27,860 bases of DNA from a virus (lineage: Duplodnaviria > Caudoviricetes). Both the position numbers and the translations under genes were made by a program. Under the pieces are notes generated by a model. The model had not been told where the DNA came from. It ran no database searches and saw only the letters and a list, made by a program, of their open reading frames with translations. The stretch covers positions 1 through 27,860 of the IMG/VR virus record IMGVR_UViG_3300037424_002918, one strand, 5' to 3'. This document shows positions 1 through 9,127 of this stretch, in pieces. How positions within the stretch are numbered: position 1 is the first letter of the stretch; each line of letters starts with the position of its first letter.

Positions 1-136
1 ATCGGTAGCATAAAGGATAAAAGTTACCCCAGAGTTTATGCTTCAAAGTAGCGCAACTTCATTATTGCCAAATCAAGCACCACGATTGACTTGGCAGCAT
101 TTAAGCACTACACACCATGGTTAGCATACAAACAGA

Positions 137-162
137 ACAGACGACTTATTTGAGTCGTCTGT
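137..162 (-). terminator. Probable intrinsic terminator after the KOW/Rho-N-like gene
   Basis: Perfect 10-bp stem ACAGACGACT (137-146) / AGTCGTCTGT (153-162), followed on the minus strand by TCTGTTTG, 25 nt past the stop at 188. Confidence 0.6.
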
Positions 163-187
163 CCTTTATTTGAACTTGTTGTTCCGT

Positions 188-766
188 TTATGCTTCCAGC
201 ATCCGCACCAGATCAGCCTTCGTCCTGAGCCTCGAGATGTGAAGTTCACTGACCCGATTGAACAGTGTCTTGCCGGTGAGCTGATCCAGATCCTCTTCTG
301 GATTCTTTTCCTTGATAATCCTGAGAAAGTCTGACTTGGTTCTTGCAATCCCGATCCCACGCTGTTTTGCCAGTGCTTGTAGTTGCTTCACTGTCATCTT
401 GGTGATGTCTTGTTCTCCTGCTTCAACATTCGGATCCTGTTCTTCTTCGTTCGATTCTGAATCAGAATCAGTAGTCTGTTCAGTCTGGGTTTCAGAATCA
501 GCTTGATCGATAGGTTCTAATGCTTGATCTGAATCGGTCGTCTCTGCAGCAGTCTCTTGTTCTGAGGGTTGTGTTTCCACCTCAGCTTGCGTTTCTGAAT
601 TCTGAACCAGGGCTACCATCGGGAAGGACACTGACACTCTCTGTCCATCCTCAAGTTCGACAGTCCATCCACGACGTTCCTTGCTAGTGATTGTACCGAC
701 CGAGTCCTTGAATTGACCAGCAGTGATCATTACCTGATCACCAATCTGCTTTTTCACTTTACTCAT
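188..766 (-). CDS. KOW-motif protein with acidic linker and two C-terminal Rho-N/SAP-like helix-extension-helix modules
   Basis: IGDQVMITAGQFKDSVGTI is a KOW motif; the linker is E/D/T/Q-rich; DITKMTVKQLQALAKQRGI..RTKSDFL and LDQLTGKTL..LRTKADLVRML resemble Rho-N modules; AGGAG SD upstream. Confidence 0.75.
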   Translation of the reverse strand: MSKVKKQIGDQVMITAGQFKDSVGTITSKERRGWTVELEDGQRVSVSFPMVALVQNSETQAEVETQPSEQETAAETTDSDQALEPIDQADSETQTEQTTDSDSESNEEEQDPNVEAGEQDITKMTVKQLQALAKQRGIGIARTKSDFLRIIKEKNPEEDLDQLTGKTLFNRVSELHISRLRTKADLVRMLEA

Positions 767-793
767 TTCGTTCTCCTAAAGATTATGTTGTTG

Positions 794-813
794 ATGTGTA
801 ACCACTTACACAT
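794..813. promoter_or_regulatory. Palindrome, operator-like or 5'-UTR hairpin
   Basis: ATGTGTAA-CCAC-TTACACAT, perfect 8-bp arms, 27 nt upstream of the start at 766. Confidence 0.45.
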
Positions 814-874
814 GCCAATCTAAATCTTGGGTGTCCTTAATCCAGTCAATTCTGAAGAAAGCTGAGAAGACATT

Positions 875-914
875 AAAAAAGGCGGAGAACCCTGCCAATG
901 GGCGCTCCGCCTTT
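875..914 (-). terminator. Intrinsic terminator ending the late operon
   Basis: AAAGGCGGAG (878-887) / CTCCGCCTTT (905-914) stem, with a T6 run on the minus strand, just after the stop at 937. Confidence 0.8.
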
Positions 915-936
915 CTATGATTCGCTGATTCGGTTG

Positions 937-1308
937 TCAGGTGACCGGTTGTTTCGCCCAGATTGTCTGGTTGAAAACCGATACTGCCTGCCCGATCAGG
1001 AAGTCGACTAATTTCCTTAAGAAAGCTCCATCAAACGGCTCCAGGAAAAACGGCAGCGGAAGCAGGTCATCGATGCGGTCGATGATTCGGTACTTATTGT
1101 CAAAATATTCGAATGCCTCCCTCACGAGCTTGTGTTTTGCCTCTCCAGAACTGGGGGCGGTGATAATTGATTCTGCTGTCCTTACCAAGGATGAAATCAA
1201 GTTGAACACCTCCTGGATATGAAACTTGCCGGAAAACAGCTCTTGCCAGTCCTTCCCAACAGATTCAACCTCAGCGAGAATCTGATCGAGATATGTATTG
1301 TCACTCAT
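937..1308 (-). CDS. Holin-like / lysis-cassette protein (LL-H holin-like pattern)
   Basis: Start moved to ATG 1308 (GAGG SD). SGEAKHKLV...LIGQAVSVFN resembles the G-x-E-K...IExAV pattern. Last gene of the late operon. Confidence 0.5.
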   Translation of the reverse strand: MSDNTYLDQILAEVESVGKDWQELFSGKFHIQEVFNLISSLVRTAESIITAPSSGEAKHKLVREAFEYFDNKYRIIDRIDDLLPLPFFLEPFDGAFLRKLVDFLIGQAVSVFNQTIWAKQPVT

Positions 1309-1319
1309 TGTAAACCTCG

Positions 1320-1634
1320 TTAATTGAAGAATAATGTTTTTATCAGCAGCACTATCAATCCACCGTACAGCGGAGTAAAAAGAGCCCAAAGCAAGCGTGT
1401 AATCATCGTCCGGAAATTGGTGTTGCGGTCCACACGAACCAGCAATCCTTCTTTATGGTTGCCAGTAATCGATTCACGCAGACCGTTCAGGGCAATCCAA
1501 AGCTCCTTTTGATCAGACTTGCTTCCAGAACGAATTTCACGAATATCCTCCTTGATATCATGGAGGTCTGCCTGAACCTGTTCGATCAGGGCGATGTAAG
1601 AGCCACTCGGTGAATTGTCGTGCTGCTTATTCAT
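1320..1634 (-). CDS. Small coiled-coil protein with a C-terminal transmembrane segment (holin/XhlA-like)
   Basis: Heptad-like IEQVQADLHDIKEDIREIR, then hydrophobic LLWALFTPLYGGLIVLLIKTLFF; follows the fibre genes. Confidence 0.55.
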   Translation of the reverse strand: MNKQHDNSPSGSYIALIEQVQADLHDIKEDIREIRSGSKSDQKELWIALNGLRESITGNHKEGLLVRVDRNTNFRTMITRLLWALFTPLYGGLIVLLIKTLFFN

Positions 1635-1636
1635 TT

Positions 1637-2986
1637 TTAAACCGCGATGTAATCCACGACGATCTTCTGACCACTCAACGGCGCCGACAGGAAACTGATT
1701 GTCTGATTTGAGACCGTATAGTCATCGGTCGGCGTCTGCCGCAGACCACCTAGGTAGACAGCCAAATAACCACCTGGAGTATTTGTCAGCACGAAGTCAG
1801 TGGTTATACCATCGCCACCGAAAATCTCCGTCTGCGGGTATTTTATAACGCCCTTCTGACTTGTGGTCGCCGATGGCACATCGAGTACTTCGCTGGCGAT
1901 ACTTAACGATGATCCAACCTTGACACCGCCCTTAGTTGATCCGCCAGCAGTTGGCAGTGAGTAGTTGTTAGCATTTTCTGCCACACTATTGAGCTTTGAA
2001 CCGTAAGCAGAACTCATCAAACCATTCTGTGAACCGGTAGCATCTCGCGTAGCTGCGGTCTTCTGAGCTGAAGAGAGGAAACGACTGTCGTCCTCCTTAG
2101 CGATGTTGTGAAAGGCAACGCCGTCTTCTGTCAGCTCCCACTTGTCGGTGAGTTCATTGAACTGCAACTTGACGTTGTCTGCATCACCACGCTCCACCTC
2201 AATTCCGGAACGCAGAGTCGTCGGAGGAGTACCTGTCTGATTACTATTCAAGAGGACGACATTATCCTCAATTTCCAGGTTTACCGTATCGATTGAGGTG
2301 GTCGTTCCTTCAACAGTAAGATCACCGGATACAGTCAAGTCACCTGTAACAGTACCGCCTGCCTTATCAAGCTTGCCATTCCATGTGGATTTCTCGGTAT
2401 CACTCACGAAGCGGTTCGAGGAATCCTCATCAATCATCGTCGCCGGATGCGATGCCGGATGTGAATAGTTGTTGGCATTTGCTGCCACGCCGTCCAGCTT
2501 GCTCTTGTCCGCAGCAGCCATCAGTCCATCAGCGCCACTGGTTGCCACATCGGTCTCAGCCTTGGCATTCCAGTCCGCCTTCTCGGTATCGGAAACGAAG
2601 CGCTTGCTTGTGCTCTCCGTGATCACGGATGCTGGATGACTCGCCGGATGTGAATAATTGTTGGCGCTTGCCTCAATACCGGTGAGCTTGGTGCGCTCGA
2701 TGTCCGTCATTATCTTCTTCGAAGCAGTCTCGGTTATGATATCGAGACTGTGATTTGCCGGATGAGAATAGTTGTTGGCGCTATTCTCGACTCCATCCAG
2801 CTTTGTCTTGTCAGTTGACGACATCAGCCCTGCAACCGATGTCGTCGCGTTGTCGGTATCTGCCTTCGCACTCCATCCGGACTTCTCAGAATCCGTTACT
2901 AGCCGGTTGGATGCGTCCTGCGCAATATTGGCGGGTGCGAGCTGATCCTCAACCTGTGTAGACAGGTTAATCTTTGTCCTTGCCAT
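1637..2986 (-). CDS. Tail fibre-like repeat protein
   Basis: Repeated GLMS..DK.KLDG / ANNYSHPASHPA units, GGTVTGDLTV motif, C-terminal VYLGGLRQTPTDDY domain; GGAG SD. Confidence 0.75.
   Translation of the reverse strand: MARTKINLSTQVEDQLAPANIAQDASNRLVTDSEKSGWSAKADTDNATTSVAGLMSSTDKTKLDGVENSANNYSHPANHSLDIITETASKKIMTDIERTKLTGIEASANNYSHPASHPASVITESTSKRFVSDTEKADWNAKAETDVATSGADGLMAAADKSKLDGVAANANNYSHPASHPATMIDEDSSNRFVSDTEKSTWNGKLDKAGGTVTGDLTVSGDLTVEGTTTSIDTVNLEIEDNVVLLNSNQTGTPPTTLRSGIEVERGDADNVKLQFNELTDKWELTEDGVAFHNIAKEDDSRFLSSAQKTAATRDATGSQNGLMSSAYGSKLNSVAENANNYSLPTAGGSTKGGVKVGSSLSIASEVLDVPSATTSQKGVIKYPQTEIFGGDGITTDFVLTNTPGGYLAVYLGGLRQTPTDDYTVSNQTISFLSAPLSGQKIVVDYIAV
2454..2779. repeat. Three intragenic 23-bp direct repeats encoding ANNYSHPA
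   Basis: GCCGGATG(T/A)GAATA(G/A)TTGTTGGC at 2454, 2643 and 2757; spacings of 189 and 114 nt are both multiples of 3. Confidence 0.8.
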
Positions 2987-2998
2987 GTGTGTAAACTC

Positions 2999-3229
2999 CT
3001 AAAGTTTTTTCAAACCCAAAATTTCATTGTAAAACCGCAGGATATCGCTGTTTACAAATTCAAGCTTCAGTTCCTGCAGTTGTGATTCGGGCACTTCGAA
3101 ATAGAATGCCCTTTTTGAGTCAGTTCGGTTGGGTTGGATTTTCTCCACTCGGCTAAGTTGGAAACCTTTAACGCGCAGAAAGGCTGCAAGCGCCAGGTCA
3201 TCGGTTCTGTATTGGTTCGGTTCACACAC
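2999..3229 (-). CDS. Small phage protein, DUF5659-like
   Basis: YRTDDLALAAFLRVKGFQL...RAFYFE pattern; overlaps the upstream stop. Confidence 0.6.
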   Translation of the reverse strand: MCEPNQYRTDDLALAAFLRVKGFQLSRVEKIQPNRTDSKRAFYFEVPESQLQELKLEFVNSDILRFYNEILGLKKL

Positions 3230-3575
3230 GGCTATATTCCGTTTTTAATGTTTCGTTAAGTTTCAAGTTGCGGTAGAATTGAATGCGAGTGCTGTCCAGA
3301 ACAACATAATCCGCATCCACTCCCGCGCTCTGTTCCAGCCCATTCAGGATCACACGTATCTCACTGAAGGGCTGCTGGGTTTGAAAAATGGAGGTCTCAC
3401 CATCAATCTGCGATGTAAGGTTCTCCGATACTGTTTCAAGTTCATATATCGCCTGGTCAAGCAGCTCAAGCGCCTGCTGAAAGTCCTCGGCATCATCGAG
3501 GTGATGAGTCCCTGAGAACTCCGCCAGGATCTGCCCGGCGACCCTGAGTTTGGCTTTAATTCTTTTCGTTGCCAT
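3222..3575 (-). CDS. Small tail/fibre-associated protein
   Basis: N-terminus resembles that of 4698..6293; C-terminal VILNGLEQ..ADY domain resembles the end of 1637..2986. Confidence 0.65.
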   Translation of the reverse strand: MATKRIKAKLRVAGQILAEFSGTHHLDDAEDFQQALELLDQAIYELETVSENLTSQIDGETSIFQTQQPFSEIRVILNGLEQSAGVDADYVVLDSTRIQFYRNLKLNETLKTEYSRV

Positions 3576-3581
3576 TGGCAG

Positions 3582-4688
3582 CTATCCCATAAGGACAATT
3601 TTACCAATGAATGTCTCCTCGAAATTGACGGTCACCGAACTCCAGTCCGATGCCCAGATGACTTCCGCCTCGACCTGTTCGAGCTGCCCGGTAATATCTT
3701 CGAATATCTGGATCGTGCAGCCCGGGATATTGACCTTGTTGCCAACGTCATTTATCACAACCGTTAAGCTGGGAGTACCGACAGTTTCCACGTACTTACG
3801 AACAGCAGTATATGCCGGGACTTGATCGCTGGTTGCCAGATCAAAGAAGGTGTCATTGTCTAGGGATATCTGCCACTTCTTGGTCGTATTGTTCCAACGT
3901 AGCGTCGGCTTTGTATTGCCCGAACCACGATCAATCTCGATCCCGGAAGTAAAAGTTGATGGCGGCGTCTGCGCCGATTCCTGCTTATTAAGGGTGAGGA
4001 TATTATCCTTGACCTCGGTATCGGTGGTCTCGACCTTGGTCACCGCGCCCTCGATCACCAGATCTTTCAGTGTGACCTGTTTATTCGCCTCGTCAATCTC
4101 AAGCAAAGGTGTGTTGTCAGACGCCTTGATCAGCAACGATCCGTTAGGACTGAGCTTTACCTCTGCATTGGCAAGCCCCGAATCGTAAGTCTCCTGCAGG
4201 TTCTGAGTTCCGCTGCCCACACCCTTATCGCCGACATAGCGGTATCCCGATATCTTGAAACCGGTCGCGGTGGCATGCGAATTCTCGAGGATGAGAATAC
4301 CCGCTTTATAGTCGAATACCCAGTTGCATTCATTGGTTGTGAATACCTGGTTGCCGTCCTGATCGAAGAGCTGAACGGTATATCCCTGCCCGAAGCGTGG
4401 ACTGATCCAGTCCTGCAGGCGAACGCCTCCACTCTTTGCTACCCAAGCTTTCTTACCTGCTACAGAGAGATCCTCTTCGAGAACCAGTTCCTGGTATAAT
4501 TGAGCGACGCCATCGTTAATAGCTTGAGCTGGATCGGGATCGACTGCCTCTTTCCAGATATCATCAGCATGGACTGTTCTGCCGGTGGAATATTGCTCCT
4601 CGTAGAATTCTTTGGCTGTCGAGGTTAACGCCCGGTCGAGCGCCAGCTTCCACGCTCGGTCTATTTTTACTTCATTGCCTATTGCCAT
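3582..4688 (-). CDS. Tail/fibre structural protein
   Basis: 368 aa, GGAG SD; shares the DNILTLN..SGIEIDRG..LRWN domain with 1637..2986. Confidence 0.7.
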   Translation of the reverse strand: MAIGNEVKIDRAWKLALDRALTSTAKEFYEEQYSTGRTVHADDIWKEAVDPDPAQAINDGVAQLYQELVLEEDLSVAGKKAWVAKSGGVRLQDWISPRFGQGYTVQLFDQDGNQVFTTNECNWVFDYKAGILILENSHATATGFKISGYRYVGDKGVGSGTQNLQETYDSGLANAEVKLSPNGSLLIKASDNTPLLEIDEANKQVTLKDLVIEGAVTKVETTDTEVKDNILTLNKQESAQTPPSTFTSGIEIDRGSGNTKPTLRWNNTTKKWQISLDNDTFFDLATSDQVPAYTAVRKYVETVGTPSLTVVINDVGNKVNIPGCTIQIFEDITGQLEQVEAEVIWASDWSSVTVNFEETFIGKIVLMG

Positions 4689-4697
4689 AATTTCTCC

Positions 4698-6293
4698 TTA
4701 CCAGCTCGTCATTTGAAGTTCAGTGATAGCAGGAGCTGAAGAGTTCTTCAACGTAATCCTGACGATAACCATATACCCGGAATCGGCGGTGCTGTTAGTA
4801 CCGGCGCTCCAACCGAACTGGTCACCGTTAGCAGAAGTCCGACAGCCATCTCCATCATTCCCCTGGAAACTTCCAGCATCATAGGGTTCACCCAAATCCA
4901 ACCAACCGGTCTTACCGGGCAGCTTGATCTCAACCTTAACGTCTCCTCCGGCTTCAATGTCCGGCAGAATCAATCCAGCAACCTCCAATACTCCAGAATT
5001 ATGCGGATTGCCCTGATCGCGGAACGCCCTTAAGAATAACTGGTCACCGGTAAATCCACTCGAATAATCGGGTTGACCTGCATTAGGTGTGTATCCACTT
5101 GAATAATCGGTCACGGGATAAATCAGGGCTCCGGAAATCTGTGCGTTGCCATTGGATAGGGCGTTGGAGCTCGTCAACTGGTCAACTATCGATCCGGGTA
5201 TGCTGTCATAAGCTCCCAGAGGCAAACGGTATTTCTCGTCCAGGAACTTTTCAAGCAGATCAGATGACTGCTGGGCATAGCTGTTCACCAGCATAATCCG
5301 GTTGTCCTGGCGAGGAATCTCGACCTGTGATGAGACAGAAAAAGGATCTCTGGCAAGGGCGTACAGCCTGCCATTCAGTGTGAAAAATCCGGCTGTTAGA
5401 ATGATATCTTTTTGGACAATAAAGTTTTCATCAATTGCAGGTGGATTGGAGTATCCGGATAGTTCAGCATTACCGCCCACTACGAAAGCGATATTCTGGT
5501 TGGAAAATCCCGCCTGTGTTCCTATGATGGTCAAAGGTTGCGAGTGGAAACTGTTTTCGAAGATGTTCTGCCCGGTTACCTTGACGCCAATGGCAGCTCC
5601 TGCTGGCAGGTATTTGATGCCGGACAAATAGACCGGAGTCACCGGATCAGCGATAGTAACCAGCGAATCAGCAACATTGGTCGAGATGGAAGGGTTATTC
5701 ACACCATCATCGAAAAACATGTCCAGCTCGGCAGAACCGTGTAATTGACTTTCGATCTCGTGCTCAAGCCGAATCCGGTTGGCACCTGCTCTTAGATTGC
5801 AACCATTGGAACCGATGTAAATTCTCATTCGACCACGTTTGTACGGTTCAAAATCGTTATGACTGACAATCTCGATCCGTTCCAAGGCATGACCTGTTTC
5901 CCGCAGATGTCCATTGCCATCACCAGCCTGCGTCAGATCGAGGGTTTCCTTCTCTGTGCCATTGATGATCAGTTTCATCAACCCTTCATTCGCTTTATCG
6001 AAGTGGTTGGAGTTGATTGTCACTATCTGTGGAGTGCTGTCATTAATCACATTGGGTGTGTCCAGATCACCGGCTGCCATATCATAGGCGTATGTTGAAG
6101 CGGGATCGTCCGACAGTCCTGCACTCTGCACGCCACCCGACACCTGCCCGGCTTCGAGCTCCATGTCATCCAACGGAAGCGGAGCTTCCGGCAGCAGGTA
6201 TTCCAGGTTATCGATCTTCTGATTCAGATTCTCGCCGTTCGAGATCACCTCACCGGCCACATCCAAATCGGCATTTACGCGTTTTGTCGCCAC
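4698..6293 (-). CDS. Virion structural protein (tail/fibre region), function unknown
   Basis: 531 aa, GTG start with GGAGGA SD; Gly/Asn/Ser-rich, beta-like composition; lies among the fibre genes. Confidence 0.7.
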   Translation of the reverse strand: MATKRVNADLDVAGEVISNGENLNQKIDNLEYLLPEAPLPLDDMELEAGQVSGGVQSAGLSDDPASTYAYDMAAGDLDTPNVINDSTPQIVTINSNHFDKANEGLMKLIINGTEKETLDLTQAGDGNGHLRETGHALERIEIVSHNDFEPYKRGRMRIYIGSNGCNLRAGANRIRLEHEIESQLHGSAELDMFFDDGVNNPSISTNVADSLVTIADPVTPVYLSGIKYLPAGAAIGVKVTGQNIFENSFHSQPLTIIGTQAGFSNQNIAFVVGGNAELSGYSNPPAIDENFIVQKDIILTAGFFTLNGRLYALARDPFSVSSQVEIPRQDNRIMLVNSYAQQSSDLLEKFLDEKYRLPLGAYDSIPGSIVDQLTSSNALSNGNAQISGALIYPVTDYSSGYTPNAGQPDYSSGFTGDQLFLRAFRDQGNPHNSGVLEVAGLILPDIEAGGDVKVEIKLPGKTGWLDLGEPYDAGSFQGNDGDGCRTSANGDQFGWSAGTNSTADSGYMVIVRITLKNSSAPAITELQMTSW

Positions 6294-6306
6294 ATATCCT
6301 CCTGAC

Positions 6307-8439
6307 TTAAGTTTGTAAAAGTTCTGCGTTCACGATGATCACAGTCCCCGCCATAGGTTGGGCTAACCTGATCACCACTTCCCAATCGTTCAAATCAATT
6401 TCTGCATCAACCAGATTACCATTATCGTCCCGCACCTGTACGATATAATTCTGATGCCCCAGTTCATGGTCGAAGGTCTGTTCTATTGAATCGGGATCAA
6501 GGTCAAATACCATATATCCTTCTTCTGTGCTGTCGCGTCCCAAGAGAGGTACATCGGCAACTTCAGGGAAGGGAATCGTAACATTAGCAGACTGATCGAA
6601 CTGAGTGTATTGCTGCCCTTCACTGACAGCCGTATTCAGCGTCACCAACTGATCCTCGATCATTGAGCTTTGAGCCTGGCGGATCGCGTCAAAGTTGCGG
6701 ACAGTCTTGTTCAAGCTGTCCAGATTTTCTGTCAACACCTGCACTGCACGTACTACCGAGGCTTGCCCGACATAGGGATCGATTTCAAGCGTAATCTCAG
6801 CCGAAACCGGATTACCCACGACCTGCCCTCCGATCAGGGGACGCACCGCGAACCGGTAACGATTCCTGATCGGACTGAGGCGCGATCCGACAATGGGCAG
6901 ACCTTGATTGATGTTCAGGAACTGGCTGGTGTATGCGGGATTAGCGATCACGCTTAAGAAATCCTCCAGCGTCAGAACAGCGATACTCCTGCCCGCAGTC
7001 ACACCCGGATGATGTGACTGGTTATTGAAATCGACAGATTCGCCTTCAGCGCCAGTGGTCTTAATCCAGCCATATTCCAGCAGGTCAGCATCATCCCAGC
7101 CATTCACCGAAGCGATGAATCCCTCTCCATCGTCCATCGCTTCCAGACTCAAGGTTGCATCTTCAAGCATGGGCAGAGCAATAAGAAACGGATGTGAATA
7201 GGATACCTGTTGCCCCTGCCAGTTGAAAGCACCCGCTCCCATAACCGTAAAAGAGGAGACCGTATTATACCGCACTGACTGCACCTGAAAGATGAAAAAC
7301 GATCCCAGTGGCAGCCTCAGCATACAATCCGACGTTACCGGTGAAGTGTTCATGCGACTCGAACCTTCCAGGCGCTGATTGATCTCGATTGGCAATGTTA
7401 CAATGGGAGGTGGTGTCAGATTCGGATTGGTAATAATGGTCGTATTCTGATTAACAATCACCGGTATGGCGTTGAAGCGATATTCAGTCACACCGGGATG
7501 GATCACCGCCGGATGCGTGAGTGCGGAAAGACCATTCAGGTTGCCGAGGACGGTCAACAAAGTCTGAGCGTTCTGAGTGGCGCTGTTACCAGTAATCAGG
7601 AACTCTTCACCTGAAGCAAAGGTCAGATAATAGTCTTTTAACTGGTTCTGTATGAAGCTGTATCCGGGATTATCGATCCTGAAGGTATCAGAAGCAACGC
7701 CTTCACCAATGATATCTCGGTAATCCCAGGCGAAGGAGACCCGCGCCATGCCGGACGACCTGCCGGCATTCATTGAAATATCCGGCATGATATTCAACTG
7801 CACAGCTCCAGAATTGAAGCGATAATCGGGCTGGATCGCGGTAATTCTCACATTGAGCGGTTTCTTGGGAACAGGGCTTTCGGTGAGCACCTTTAACCCA
7901 TCCGGATGTGCCGGATTGCCCACAGCAATACGGAATTCTTCTGCGGTCGTTCCGGTGTCGCTGTTGGGCACATGGATGCGGTCATCGACGGCGACTCGAA
8001 TGAAAGTCCTTCTGTCAAGAATTCCAGTGGTTGACACCTCTGCGATCAGCAATTCGCTCGAACCAATCTCGTCGCTATTCCTCACTTCAATACTGAAGAT
8101 GTCCGATTGGTAGATATTATGGGTGTCTCCTGTCACGAAATGATCAACCGGATGAGAGATCTCATGCAGATGCTTCAGGAATAGATATTGAGGCTCCTCA
8201 TCCGGTGATATTTCCACTTCCTGAGCTTCAGTTACTTCTATCCTTTCACCACCGACATATCCCACACCGGGCTGCAATGAGAACACACCATCCTCTTCGA
8301 TCAGTTGCAATCCAGTGAGGATGCCATTTGAAAACATCTCATGCTGCCGGTCGAGGATCGCGCTTTCCTTGCCCTGCTGGTCGAATTCAATATCCTCAAG
8401 AGTCGGTTTAATACCGGAGAAATATTTTAGTTTTTTCAT
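6307..8439 (-). CDS. Baseplate-anchored tail fibre protein
   Basis: Follows the J and I homologues. N-terminal GILTGLQL..LQPGVGYVGGERI..DRR fibre-anchor pattern; C-terminal FDHELGHQNYIVQVRD domain. Confidence 0.7.
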   Translation of the reverse strand: MKKLKYFSGIKPTLEDIEFDQQGKESAILDRQHEMFSNGILTGLQLIEEDGVFSLQPGVGYVGGERIEVTEAQEVEISPDEEPQYLFLKHLHEISHPVDHFVTGDTHNIYQSDIFSIEVRNSDEIGSSELLIAEVSTTGILDRRTFIRVAVDDRIHVPNSDTGTTAEEFRIAVGNPAHPDGLKVLTESPVPKKPLNVRITAIQPDYRFNSGAVQLNIMPDISMNAGRSSGMARVSFAWDYRDIIGEGVASDTFRIDNPGYSFIQNQLKDYYLTFASGEEFLITGNSATQNAQTLLTVLGNLNGLSALTHPAVIHPGVTEYRFNAIPVIVNQNTTIITNPNLTPPPIVTLPIEINQRLEGSSRMNTSPVTSDCMLRLPLGSFFIFQVQSVRYNTVSSFTVMGAGAFNWQGQQVSYSHPFLIALPMLEDATLSLEAMDDGEGFIASVNGWDDADLLEYGWIKTTGAEGESVDFNNQSHHPGVTAGRSIAVLTLEDFLSVIANPAYTSQFLNINQGLPIVGSRLSPIRNRYRFAVRPLIGGQVVGNPVSAEITLEIDPYVGQASVVRAVQVLTENLDSLNKTVRNFDAIRQAQSSMIEDQLVTLNTAVSEGQQYTQFDQSANVTIPFPEVADVPLLGRDSTEEGYMVFDLDPDSIEQTFDHELGHQNYIVQVRDDNGNLVDAEIDLNDWEVVIRLAQPMAGTVIIVNAELLQT

Positions 8440-8440
8440 A

Positions 8441-9127
8441 TCAAATCACCGGAACTTCAGTTTCTGTAAAGTGAACTACCGCACGGGTATGCGCCGGTTT
8501 CTGGGCGTTAATCGCTTCGATTATCACCTGCTGGTCAACTTCCATGCCTTGCGAATATGTGATGTGAATCCAGAAGTGGAAGGCAAGTGAAAGGTCACTG
8601 ATCGAATAGATCCTCGTCTGCCGGTATGCTTCATAGATACCGATATCATCCGCACTGAAAATATGCGAGACATTGACTTCCGCTTCTCTGGACTGGTCTT
8701 CACTATCCAGAATAATCCGCGCCTGATCATCAGCGTAATACTCGACAATCTGCTCACAGGTGATTCCAAAGATCTCTTCGATCAGGTATTTCATACCTGC
8801 CTTGGTGCCCAGAAATTGGTTGCGATAAGCCTGAGTCGAAATCCTTTCCAACAATGCAGAATCATTCTCACCGGACAATCGCCTGAGTCCCCTGTCGAAC
8901 GCATGCAAATCGAGGTCTGCCGTTCTCAATTCTGAGCTGTAATAGGGATCTGCTTCATGCCGAATGAGGAAATACCGCCTTAGTCGAGCTGTTAAAATGG
9001 CAATCTTCAACTCTTCCAGAACCAACCCGATCGAAACCAGCAATCCATATAACTTGGACTCATGTTTCTCCTTACACTTGCGCACAGATGGCAACAGCCA
9101 CCACATAAAGTCTGCAAAATTATTCAA
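8441..9127 (-). CDS. Baseplate wedge protein (P2 gpI / Mu gp48-like)
   Basis: LDLHAFDRGLRRL.GE.D..L..RI, GTKAGM and the terminal KPAHT motif; directly downstream of J. Confidence 0.8.
   Translation of the reverse strand: MNNFADFMWWLLPSVRKCKEKHESKLYGLLVSIGLVLEELKIAILTARLRRYFLIRHEADPYYSSELRTADLDLHAFDRGLRRLSGENDSALLERISTQAYRNQFLGTKAGMKYLIEEIFGITCEQIVEYYADDQARIILDSEDQSREAEVNVSHIFSADDIGIYEAYRQTRIYSISDLSLAFHFWIHITYSQGMEVDQQVIIEAINAQKPAHTRAVVHFTETEVPVI

Noticed and set aside
14-30. GGATAAAAGTTACCCC resembles a 23S rRNA domain V segment
   Set aside because: Only about 16 nt; the following conserved GGGATAACAGG is absent.
1309-1389. N-terminal extension of ORF 937..1389
   Set aside because: It overlaps the upstream gene; ATG 1308 has the SD.
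2725-2750. 8-bp hairpin CAGTCTCG/CGAGACTG
   Set aside because: Inside coding sequence with no U-tract; likely chance.
2454-2779. Spaced 23-bp repeats as a CRISPR array or DGR repeats
   Set aside because: They are in-frame protein repeats with unequal long spacers; no cas or reverse transcriptase gene is present.
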